This document shows, one piece after another, positions 20,226 through 29,763 of a stretch of DNA of 64,000 bases. The stretch is from Mollicutes bacterium LVI A0039. GTDB taxonomy: Bacteria; Bacillota_I; Bacilli_A; UBA3375. The notes beneath the pieces were generated by a model. It was not told the origin of the DNA, did not search any database, and was given only the letters and a program-made list of their open reading frames with translations. Positions within the stretch are counted from its first letter, which is position 1. Each line of letters opens with the position of its first letter. The position numbers and the translations under genes were made by a program. The DNA lies in contig CP136953.1 of NCBI GenBank assembly GCA_033103385.1, positions 911,839 through 975,838 of the forward strand. Direction: 5' to 3'.

Positions 20226-21481
20226 ATATTTCGCGTTATTAGTTCAATATAAAATTGATAATTTTCTATCATTCTTGTTAATATGATTCTTTTATAGATA
20301 ATTTCTTTGTTATTCTTAAGAGGTGTTATCAGCGTTTGACCATGGGCGATTGTATTACGAAATTGTGAAATAAGTGCGAAAAATTTCGTAACAATTTTTT
20401 TATAAATCTCGTCACTCATATTTTCATTTTCTTCTATCAAATCATTGCAAAGAATACTTTTATTGATATTAATAATTCCTATGGGCTTCTTCTCATCTAC
20501 TAGAAACACCTTGCGAATTACTTGAGCGACAATTTCATATTTATTTCTTTCGAACAGTTCACTTTTTATTCTCTTTAACACTCCACTATGCTGTATTTCG
20601 ACTTTCAATTCTCGCTTTTTTTTGCTAAGGTCTATATTTGTATGCCACTCTATTAATTCTGTTTTATTGCAATCAAATGCACTTTTTATCACGCTATTTG
20701 ATAGACACCTTAGTAATGATTCACTACTCAATATAACTTTTGGGGGATAATCATTTTCCAATAATGCTTTTAAAATCAAATTATCAAATTGTGATTCAAA
20801 CATTTTTTTAATTTCATTTGAATTTATATTTGTAGTTAATATATTTGATCCACACAAAACTTCTTTCAACGCGGAATTTGCCACAACATCCAGCAATTGA
20901 TCACTAGGATTTAAAATCGATTCACATATTTCTTTATACTTAAAAACATCATTTTCTACCAATAACTTTATTATATTACCAATCTCATTTAAACTACATG
21001 CGTTAATTATCCTATATATTTCTGACTGATATAAACAATAACGACGACAATCATTAGCATGTCCACTTGCACATTCACAACACTCATAATCAGTTTCACC
21101 ATTTTGATATGCATGTTTAAATGCATTTTTTGTTATTTTCATTACTTCAACGATGATTTGTGAATACAATTCGTTATGATCATCATATAATGTAAATAAA
21201 TTAAGAAATACATAATTTTTAATTTCATTTTCAAGCAGTAAAATTGACCCTAGCAATTCCACTGAATCCTTGAATATCCAATTGTAATCTTTTATCATTT
21301 CAGAACTCTTGACACTTCTATATTCATTACCATTAATTTTATAAATAAATTTCACTTGCTTGATTGTCTTTTGGTAAGGATATTTCTGTAAAAATTCCCT
21401 TAATTCTGACTCGTCATCCACTTCTACGTTCCTCAACTTTAAATACCCTAACTGTTCCTCAACTGTAGCTCTATTTTCCAT
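20219..21481 (-). CDS. Abi_2-family (AbiD/AbiD1/AbiF-like) abortive-infection protein
   Basis: N-terminal 'TVEEQLGYLKLRNVEVDDESELREFLQKYPY' matches the conserved Abi_2 N-terminal motif (eeqi.lLk.rgl..d.e.a...L....Yy). C-terminal 'FRNTIAHGQTL' matches the conserved RN.iAH motif. Solitary gene, AT-rich, flanked by terminators. Confidence 0.7.
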   Translation of the reverse strand: MENRATVEEQLGYLKLRNVEVDDESELREFLQKYPYQKTIKQVKFIYKINGNEYRSVKSSEMIKDYNWIFKDSVELLGSILLLENEIKNYVFLNLFTLYDDHNELYSQIIVEVMKITKNAFKHAYQNGETDYECCECASGHANDCRRYCLYQSEIYRIINACSLNEIGNIIKLLVENDVFKYKEICESILNPSDQLLDVVANSALKEVLCGSNILTTNINSNEIKKMFESQFDNLILKALLENDYPPKVILSSESLLRCLSNSVIKSAFDCNKTELIEWHTNIDLSKKKRELKVEIQHSGVLKRIKSELFERNKYEIVAQVIRKVFLVDEKKPIGIININKSILCNDLIEENENMSDEIYKKIVTKFFALISQFRNTIAHGQTLITPLKNNKEIIYKRIILTRMIENYQFYIELITRNIK

Positions 21482-21496
21482 ATCTTCCTTTAAATA

Positions 21497-21530
21497 AAAA
21501 AAAATACCCGATCGGGTATTTTTCTTTAAG
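21497..21530. terminator. Palindromic hairpin (ATACCC-GATC-GGGTAT) flanked by A- and T-runs. It terminates the upstream GH3 gene and sits in the Abi 5' leader
   Basis: Read directly: 'aaaaaaaaatacccgatcgggtatttttc'. It lies about 16 nt upstream of the Abi RBS/ATG. Confidence 0.65.
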
Positions 21531-21554
21531 ATCCGACTTTTAAGTCATGTACAT

Positions 21555-21590
21555 CTATATTATATCAAAATGGCATCATTTTGTCAAAAA
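21555..21590 (-). promoter_or_regulatory. Perfect-consensus sigma-A promoter (TTGACA-N17-TATAAT) reading toward the Abi gene
   Basis: Minus-strand reading: 'TTGACAaaatgatgccattttgaTATAAT'. Coordinates +/-3. Confidence 0.55.
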
Positions 21591-21637
21591 CAATAATTGA
21601 TGTAAGTTGACAAAATTAAAGTTTTTCTTATATTTGG

Positions 21638-24451
21638 CTATTCAATTTCTTGATTTTTTTCCTCAACATCATCATTTGTTTTTTCTATTTCTTGGTTATT
21701 TCTTTCAACTGCATTTGAGTGATTAACAATATTGTACATAATTGTATGAGTTCGATCGCGTAGTCCATTTGACATTGCGACTGGCATCTCTTGGTAAGCC
21801 TCTGTTAGCATCGTTTCATTTGATGACCCTTTAAATATCGATAACATTAGTTCATTACCAACAAGCACAGCTTTAACCGGGTCCATCCAGCTACCTAATT
21901 GAGCATCAGTCGACACAATACCATCAAATCCCCACTCTTCACGTAACAATTTATTTAACAATTCATCATTTGCTCCTGCCCACACTGGTCCAATATTAAT
22001 GAAACTAGACATTGCTCCTGTTGGGTCAGATTCTTTAACCGATATTTCAAATGGTCGTAAGTACAATTCGCGCATCGCTTGCTCATTTGCCCAGATAATT
22101 AATCCACTACGAGCATTAACTTCTTGTTCATTTAGGGCAAAGTGCTTAATTGTCACCATAACGTCATGTTCTTGTGCTCCATTGATCATGCCCGCTGCCA
22201 TCTCTCCAGAAATAACCGGATCTTCACTGAAGTATTCAAAGTTACGACCACCAATTGGTGAACGGTGAATATTCATAGCTGGTGCATACCACATATCAAT
22301 TCCATACACCTTACCTTCTAAACCAATTGCATCTCCAAAATCGTATGCAAGTTGTGAATTCCAAGTAGACGCTAACAATAATTCTGTTGGATACGAAGCT
22401 GCATTAGGACTTGCACCAAACATTTTATTCCAACCTGCTGGTCCATCTAACAGCTCGGTACGTGGCACACCAAGTCGTTCGATCTCTCGAGTATGATATC
22501 CCCCGTAACTAATTAATCCAATCATTTCTTCGATCGTAAATTGATCTAGGAATTGATCCCATTTCGGATCGTCAAAAGCAAGTCCTTCAAGATCGGCTAA
22601 AACTAATCCATTGTCTTGTCCAGTCACTGCTTCTATTCCAGCAATTTCCGTTGGTTGGGCATTGAAAGCGTCAACAACATCTTGTGGCGCAGTAAGTTCC
22701 ACATCATCCCCGCTTGGGAATGTACCGGCAAAATCCGCTCTCGATAAGTATGTCAAATCACCGTTAGCGTAATCAAATAAATTATGATAAGACGCTCCTG
22801 TCACCTCATCAGTTGGATAGATTACTTTCTGCTTATTTGTCCACGTGAAACTATCAAAACTATCATGTGCATTTTGGCCAACTACAATTTCATAGTCACC
22901 CTCATCAAGTACATATGCTTGGGCATCTTTCATGTCCCACGAAGACATATCTTTTATTGGAAAACTGATGTTAACCGTTTGACTTTGTCCTGGTTCTAGA
23001 ACATCTGTCTTTGCAAACTGTGCAAGTTCTGTAGCTGACTTTTCAATTCCCCCGTCAATGTATGGTGGGTTAAAGTATACTTGCACCACTTCTTTACCTG
23101 CTACTTTTCCTGTATTAGTAACTTGAATTGATAAATTGACATTTCCCCCTTCAATTTTACTTGAAGTTATTTTTTGATCAAAGCTACTATAACTAAGTCC
23201 ATAACCAAATGGATATTGTACAGCTGATTTGTACCCTGATTCATCACCATCATACAATGTTTCATAATATCGATACCCAACATAGATTCCTTCTTCATAA
23301 TCTAATCGAGAAATTCCTTCTAAATTTTGATAATCATAATCACCGATATTTTGTACTGCGGGAATACTTGAAATATCATATACATATGTATCGTTTAAGC
23401 GCCCTGAAGGATTAACTTCACCAGTAAGTGTTTTTCCGATTGAAGTTGCACCATATGCACCTGGATTACCAATCCATAATACTGATTTGATGCTGTCGTA
23501 CTCGTCTACAAAACTTAGGTCCATTGCATATCCTGAGTTTACTAAAATAATTACATTTTCAAACTCATTGGATACCATTTCAACAAGCTCACGTTCACCA
23601 TCCGATATTTGTAGTGACTCAACCGTCGCATCACTCGCCTCACTACTCATGGCCGTAACCACGATTAATGCAGTATCTGAATATTCTTTTGCTTGGGTTA
23701 AAACATCTTCAGTTAGATAATCGATACTTTCGGGTTCTGACACTTCTTCTTTACCTAATATACCATCTAACATTTGAATCCAAATACTTGAACTAGAAGC
23801 AGTTACCAAATCACTATTATCTTCATAAAACTGATTAAGTTCTGGGTTGACTGCGATACCAGCATCTACTAAACCATCATGAAGCGAAACTGCCTGGTCT
23901 AAGTTTGAGGCCCCAGATCCACCTCCACCCATTTTGTAATTCATTGCTCCAAAACCAAATACGTTTAATTTCTTCTCACCCGTTAACGGTAGGACATCAT
24001 CTTGATTTTTCAGTAACACTAAACCTTCATCGGTAATTTGCTCGGCAACTATCTTTGATGCAGCTCTAGCAGCATCTGCTTCTGGAGTGTTGTCCGTGTA
24101 TGTACTGTTTGCAATCTCTCCCACTTCACTTAAAATTGGCGATATTTTACTAAATACCATTAAGCAAAGTAAGGCCAGGGCTCCCCACGAAATATATCTT
24201 CTCATTTTAGTCTTTTGCTTTTTATATTTTTTATCAAAGTACTTCGCGGCTTTTCGGTCATCGATTTTCATGTCTTTTAATTCTTGTTTGCGCGCAACCT
24301 TGGCCGACTTTCGAGCTTGTTTTGTTTCAGCTTTAGCAAGGGCAGCATCCGATTGATTCATTGTCTTTATTTCTGCTTTTCTCTTTTGATCAGCAAGTTT
24401 ATCGTTTTGATATTGCACTTTTGCTTGTTCCTTGATTAACTTTTTATTCAT
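21638..24451 (-). CDS. Glycoside hydrolase family 3 beta-glucosidase/xylosidase-like enzyme, circularly permuted domain order, N-terminal signal anchor
   Basis: Lys-rich cytoplasmic N-tail then TM ('YISWGALALLCLMVFSKISPILS'). Then the GH3 C-terminal-type domain ('VFGFGAMNYKMGGGGSGASNL', 'GEVNPSGRL'), then an Fn3-like domain ('YEEGIYVGYRYY...PFGYGLSY'). Then the GH3 catalytic barrel ('KHFALNEQE', 'GFDGIVSTDAQLG') at the C-terminus. Confidence 0.8.
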   Translation of the reverse strand: MNKKLIKEQAKVQYQNDKLADQKRKAEIKTMNQSDAALAKAETKQARKSAKVARKQELKDMKIDDRKAAKYFDKKYKKQKTKMRRYISWGALALLCLMVFSKISPILSEVGEIANSTYTDNTPEADAARAASKIVAEQITDEGLVLLKNQDDVLPLTGEKKLNVFGFGAMNYKMGGGGSGASNLDQAVSLHDGLVDAGIAVNPELNQFYEDNSDLVTASSSSIWIQMLDGILGKEEVSEPESIDYLTEDVLTQAKEYSDTALIVVTAMSSEASDATVESLQISDGERELVEMVSNEFENVIILVNSGYAMDLSFVDEYDSIKSVLWIGNPGAYGATSIGKTLTGEVNPSGRLNDTYVYDISSIPAVQNIGDYDYQNLEGISRLDYEEGIYVGYRYYETLYDGDESGYKSAVQYPFGYGLSYSSFDQKITSSKIEGGNVNLSIQVTNTGKVAGKEVVQVYFNPPYIDGGIEKSATELAQFAKTDVLEPGQSQTVNISFPIKDMSSWDMKDAQAYVLDEGDYEIVVGQNAHDSFDSFTWTNKQKVIYPTDEVTGASYHNLFDYANGDLTYLSRADFAGTFPSGDDVELTAPQDVVDAFNAQPTEIAGIEAVTGQDNGLVLADLEGLAFDDPKWDQFLDQFTIEEMIGLISYGGYHTREIERLGVPRTELLDGPAGWNKMFGASPNAASYPTELLLASTWNSQLAYDFGDAIGLEGKVYGIDMWYAPAMNIHRSPIGGRNFEYFSEDPVISGEMAAGMINGAQEHDVMVTIKHFALNEQEVNARSGLIIWANEQAMRELYLRPFEISVKESDPTGAMSSFINIGPVWAGANDELLNKLLREEWGFDGIVSTDAQLGSWMDPVKAVLVGNELMLSIFKGSSNETMLTEAYQEMPVAMSNGLRDRTHTIMYNIVNHSNAVERNNQEIEKTNDDVEEKNQEIE

Positions 24452-24469
24452 TTTTCCCCCGTATTTTGC

Positions 24470-26860
24470 TTATAGTTTTTCTAACAATTTTTTGACAGTG
24501 GTTTCCTTAATCTTTCCACCCGTGAAACGTGAAACTTGACGCCAAGGCATGTATACTAAGAAGTAAACATAGTTGGCAATTATTGGTTGTTCAAGTTTTA
24601 ATAACAATTTATTGGTAAAAATCAGCATTTTATAGATTGCTTTTCCAAGCACTCCTTGGTATTCGCTCTGAGCTATTACATCACCAAGTTGTAGTGATTG
24701 ACTTCGATCCCAAGTGTTTGGCGGAAGCGGGTGTCCGTATAACAACTCAAATTGGTCACGTTCTATTTCACCACGAGACAAATCGTAATAATCGCTCAAT
24801 TTATGACGATCATACAAATCACTAGTTTCTACAAAGCGGTCAACTATAATTTGACCAGCCGTTGCATCACTAGTTACCAATTCTACTTCCCCGCATAGGT
24901 GAACCGCTTTAATGTTACTAGCAATTTTGATTGTGTATTTACCAATCTCTTGTTCCCAATCATCTGTTTGCGTGTTAAAGTAACTGAAGGTATGTTCATC
25001 GAAACCGATACTAACCGTTTTTGTTTCACCAGGCTCCAATGCAACTTTAGCAAAACCTTTTAATTCTACGCTACTTCGAAAGATTTTTGATTGGTTAGCG
25101 GATACGTACATTTGAGCAATTTCCCTACCAAATACATCACCGGTATTGGTCAAATCAAAAGTTACACCTGTTGATGTTATATGTAAATTGCTATACTTAA
25201 ACGTTGTGTATGAAAGTCCAAAACCAAATGGATAACGCACGGCTTTTTTCGCAGTTTCAAAATAGCGATATCCAACATAAATACTTTCACGATGTTCAGC
25301 GCTAGTTTCATTTCCTGGATAGTACTTACTTGATAAAACATCTTCCCACTTTAGAGGATATGTTTCAGCTAGTTTACCACTTGGATTCACCTTACCACTA
25401 ACAATATTATAGATAGCTTTATTTACTCCTTGTCCTCCCAAATAACTATGTAAAATTGCTAAGCTATATTGTTCAAAATCTAGTTCAATCGGTGCGCCCC
25501 CCGATAGAATGATAATAATATTAGGATTCACTTCATGGAGCTGCTTTAGAACATCAACTTGATTTTTCATTACCCGCATATGGTGACGGTCTAATCCTTC
25601 TGTTTCACTACTCTCATCAAGACCCATATAAAATAAGACATACTCACTTTGAGATGCTAGTTTTTTTGCCTTACGTAGTAAGCGGTTACTCTTTTGACCG
25701 TACCTCTTAAAGCCACGTTCGCAGCCAACCACTGCATATTGACCTTGCTTAAAGATGTTTACAGCACTATCAATTTTTGTAGGTTCAATCAGCGAACTTC
25801 CGGCTCCTTGATAACGCGGTTTAAATGCAAAGTCTCCGACCAGTCCAATTTTTGTATGCATTTTAAGTGGTAAAACTTCATTTTTAAGCATTACAATCGA
25901 TTGTTCAGCTACTTCAATCGCTTTGGCATGATGAATATCTATATCGTAATCACGATGACATGCTTCAATGTTATTGTCGATTCCTTGACGAGTAGTATAT
26001 ACAATATCTAAAATATCTGCCACCGCATTATCAATTAAGCCAATGTTGATTGCACCGCAATTATATGCCTCTAATAACTCAACGTCGGTGATTCCACCAC
26101 TGCTAGGCATCTCTAGTTGATTCCCAACTTTTAAGGCCTCTACTCGATCATTGTTCCCACCCCAGTCAGTAACAATTAATCCATCGAATCCAAAACGTTT
26201 CTTTAAAGTGTCTTTTATCAGATACTCACTCTCATTGGCATAGTGACCATTTACTTTATTATATGATGTCATAATTGCCTTAGGTTGCTGTTTAAGGGCA
26301 ATTCTAAAACCTTCTAAATAAATTTCATGGAGAGCGCGAATATCCGTGACCTCATCAATTGTCATCCTCAGCTTTTCTTGAGAATTAACGGCAAAGTGTT
26401 TAGGGCAACTACTAATTCCCATATCCTCAATACCACGAATTAATCCCGCAGCCATATGACCTGATAAGAATGGGTCTTCACTAAAGTACTCAAAATTTCT
26501 TCCACAAAGTGGATTACGCTTAATATTTAATCCAGGTCCTAATAAAACTGAAACTTGTTCTTTTATAGCTTCTCGACCAAGGTAATTCCCCATTTCAATC
26601 GCTAAGTTTTGATCCCAACTATTAGCCAAAGCGGCAGCTGTCGGAAAGCATGTAGCCGGAATACTAGCATTAAGACCCAAGTGGTCTGACTTTCCACCTT
26701 GTTTACGCAAACCATGGGGACCATCTGTTAGCATCATACTCGGAATGTCTAAATGTTCAATTGTTTCAGTATTCCAAAAGTTTGCTCCTGAGAGCATTCT
26801 AATCTTTTCTTCAATTGACATCTTTTCGATTATATTATTATATTTTTGATAATTATCCAT
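24470..26860 (-). CDS. Glycoside hydrolase family 3 beta-glucosidase (canonical domain order, cytoplasmic)
   Basis: 'GRNFEYFSEDPFLSG', 'KHFAVNSQE', 'GFDGLIVTDWGG', then the GH3 C-domain and Fn3-like 'YVGYRYF...PFGFGLSYTTF'. No signal peptide. Confidence 0.88.
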   Translation of the reverse strand: MDNYQKYNNIIEKMSIEEKIRMLSGANFWNTETIEHLDIPSMMLTDGPHGLRKQGGKSDHLGLNASIPATCFPTAAALANSWDQNLAIEMGNYLGREAIKEQVSVLLGPGLNIKRNPLCGRNFEYFSEDPFLSGHMAAGLIRGIEDMGISSCPKHFAVNSQEKLRMTIDEVTDIRALHEIYLEGFRIALKQQPKAIMTSYNKVNGHYANESEYLIKDTLKKRFGFDGLIVTDWGGNNDRVEALKVGNQLEMPSSGGITDVELLEAYNCGAINIGLIDNAVADILDIVYTTRQGIDNNIEACHRDYDIDIHHAKAIEVAEQSIVMLKNEVLPLKMHTKIGLVGDFAFKPRYQGAGSSLIEPTKIDSAVNIFKQGQYAVVGCERGFKRYGQKSNRLLRKAKKLASQSEYVLFYMGLDESSETEGLDRHHMRVMKNQVDVLKQLHEVNPNIIIILSGGAPIELDFEQYSLAILHSYLGGQGVNKAIYNIVSGKVNPSGKLAETYPLKWEDVLSSKYYPGNETSAEHRESIYVGYRYFETAKKAVRYPFGFGLSYTTFKYSNLHITSTGVTFDLTNTGDVFGREIAQMYVSANQSKIFRSSVELKGFAKVALEPGETKTVSIGFDEHTFSYFNTQTDDWEQEIGKYTIKIASNIKAVHLCGEVELVTSDATAGQIIVDRFVETSDLYDRHKLSDYYDLSRGEIERDQFELLYGHPLPPNTWDRSQSLQLGDVIAQSEYQGVLGKAIYKMLIFTNKLLLKLEQPIIANYVYFLVYMPWRQVSRFTGGKIKETTVKKLLEKL

Positions 26861-27121
26861 ATTACTCCTAACTGTTCATCAAATATATGATATAGTTTAT
26901 TTTGAAAGAAATATACACAATATATAAATACACACATACATTTTCTTAGTTTTTGTAAACACTTAGATTTTGATGGTGCACCAAATTGTTATCATCACTT
27001 AAACATACAACTGTTTGATGCCCGATTATTTTACGATTGATATACAACTTTTAGATGTCACATAATCTTTTGTATTAACTTTCAAAGAAATTGTAATGTG
27101 TTGTTTTTAAAAGGAGACTTT

Positions 27122-29486
27122 ATGGATTATAAAATATTTGATCGACAACTTTTTAACATTAAGTATGACCGTTTAACACAAAACAAATCGTCTTTCAGTA
27201 AAACCTATCAGCTATTGTGGATCGTTAATGGGAGTGGAAATCTCCATATCGGTGCAAATGTAATTCCACTGTGCGGCGATCAGCTATTCTTCATTCCAAT
27301 CGGAACTACATATACCGTTGCCGAGCAAACGGAAATTCTAACTATCAAAATATACTTACCTCAAAAGCACATAAAGCTAAACGAACAATACCGCTCAACT
27401 ATGTTAGATGTTGATAGCCAACCGATTAAAGAACTAGTTGCGACATACTTGTACAAGTATAATAAGCGCGCTGACTTTGACATCGAGATCGAAAGCCAAG
27501 AACTGATTAAAGAATTACTATCACTTGCGAAGATGAGTGACATTACATTAAATCCCGTACGTGACCAACGTATCTTGCAAACTTTGGAATACATTGATAA
27601 GCACACCGAGGTTCGCTTCTCGGTAAATGATATTACAAAAATTACTGCACATTAATCCAACCTATCTATCGACATTGTTCAAAGCTGAGGTCGGTACTAC
27701 AATTGTTAAATATACAAACACCTTACGTCTCGAAGCGGCGATTAGTGATATTCAACATACAAATTTATCGATAACCACCATTGCTCATAACCATGGCTTT
27801 GCCGATGTGCGTACTTTAAACGAACTTACCAAATCCCGATATCAAGTAACGCCAATGCAAATTCGCCAAAAGGTCACAAGTCATAAGGTGAATACTACGC
27901 AAAATAATTTTAATAATATTATTGATAAGTATCGTCTTGATTTAAACTTCAATACAATTACTGAACAAAATGTGGAAATCGCTGGTAACCATCAAACCAA
28001 CACCTACAAGAACTCTTTTAATACAATCGCAATCGGTCGAGCTCACGACATCTTATATGCTCAAGTCCAAGAACAATTAATCGCTTCCAAACAGGAGTTA
28101 AACTTTACTTATTGTCGTTTTCATAACATCTTTGGTGATGAAATGAATATTGTTGACATTGACTTTTTCGAAAGATTCAAATTCAACTTTCAAAAACCGT
28201 TCGCCGTTATAGAGTTTTTATTAGCAAACAATATTATCCCATTCATTGAAATCGGCTTTTTTCCTAAAGAGATTGCCCAAGGATTCCCCTCAGTATTTTC
28301 CGGATACAATATTAATGTTGGAGGTACCATTGACTTTCAGCTTTGGGAACAATTAATTCACGAGTTCTTCACTAGCTTAAAAGCGCTTTTCCCCGATGAT
28401 TGCTTCGATATGCGTTTCGACTTTTGGAACGAGATTGACATCCAGGGTTTTTGGCCAAATTCTAAAGACGACTTATTCAAATTATATGAAATCTCTTATC
28501 AAACAATCAAGAAGATTGATGCGCGGTTTCTCGTAGGAGGATTTAACTATGGTAACTTCATCAGCGACACACAAGCAATAGAACAGGATTTGGATTATTT
28601 ACAGCAGCACGGACTGCTTCCCGATTTCCTGACAATTCACTCTTATCCCTTTTATATCGATGGCGAAATATCACATAACCCCGATTTCGCCGCAACCCAA
28701 ATTAAGATTAAATACATCAAAGGTAAATTGAACGATGATATAAGCAAATTAGTTGCACTACAAAAAAAGTATAACTTTGCCGAAACATATATAACCGAAT
28801 GGAACACCTCTCCATTACAACGAGAACATTTAAATGACGGTCTTTATAAAAGCTCCAAAATAATTAGCGAAGTCATCAACTCTCATTCACTGCATGTCGA
28901 TGGGATTTGCTATTGGACGCTTTCAGATGAAATGGCAGAATTTGGTTATCCCGTCGGTGAAGTTCATGGTGGTTTCGGTTTAATTACCCGCAACGGAATC
29001 CCCAAACCCGCATTTTATAGTTTTGTTGCAGCGTCGACACTTCAGGGAAACATCTTGTTTAAAAACAATAACTGCATAATTGTTCAAAACGAAGACAGCA
29101 TCTATATGTTATTAAACAATGATGTTGACTATGATCGAAATTATTATACTCAAAACTTCGGAACAGCACCACAAACTATGGAAGGTAATGATCTTAAAGT
29201 GAATATTTCCTTAACAAATTTAACAAATAGTATCTATCAAGAAGTTATTTATCAAATTGATGAACATTGTGATTTATATGCCAATTTTAAGCATTTATAC
29301 AATGATAAACATTACTTGCAAAATAAAGAGGTTGAACATTTAAAACAATTATCAAAACCGCATATACATTCACGAATATTAGCACTTGATGAACATTATA
29401 CAACTGTAATTAACCTAAAACCAACACACACGACAATGATTGTCTTAAAAAAGATAAAACAAAGAACGAAAAGGAAGCCAATATAG
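27122..29486 (+). pseudogene. AraC-family regulator (cupin + HTH) fused to a C-terminal GH39-like clan GH-A glycosidase domain; split by a frameshift in an A5 tract at about 27630-27650
   Basis: Track ORF 27098..27655 (cupin-like ligand domain) ends 'VNDITKITAH*'. ORF 27627..29486 in the +1 frame begins '...LLHINPTYLSTLFKAEVGTT' (AraC HTH helix). Removing one A from 'acaaaaatt' gives a continuous 'SVNDITKLLHINPTYLSTLFK'. The C-terminal domain has 'FWNEIDIQGFWP' (acid/base NE) and 'YITEWNTS' (nucleophile TE), typical of GH39/clan GH-A. Confidence 0.6.
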
Positions 29487-29502
29487 TTGGCTTCCTTTTC
29501 CA

Positions 29503-29763
29503 TTATTTTGTTCTCCAAGTTTTCTTTTTAAGCTCTATGTACGTAACACCACCGCCACCTAAACGCGGAGGTGCCAGTTCATATTTATCAACAAGTTTAT
29601 TTTTTTCGCACTCACTCCAAACTACTCCGCGCATAATCGACTGACCAAATCCATGAATGATCAAGATATTATAATCTCTTAATTCGAAACGTTCCCGAAT
29701 AAACCCTTTAACTAATATTTGAGCTTCACTAGCTGTTTTATTATGTATGTCTAGGGTTGTCAT
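29503..29763 (-). CDS. Smr (small MutS-related) domain protein
   Basis: 'LDIHNKTASEA...ILIIHGFGQ' matches the Smr 'lDLHG...iIhGkG' signature. Overlaps the upstream membrane-protein gene by 23 nt. Confidence 0.7.
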   Translation of the reverse strand: MTTLDIHNKTASEAQILVKGFIRERFELRDYNILIIHGFGQSIMRGVVWSECEKNKLVDKYELAPPRLGGGGVTYIELKKKTWRTK

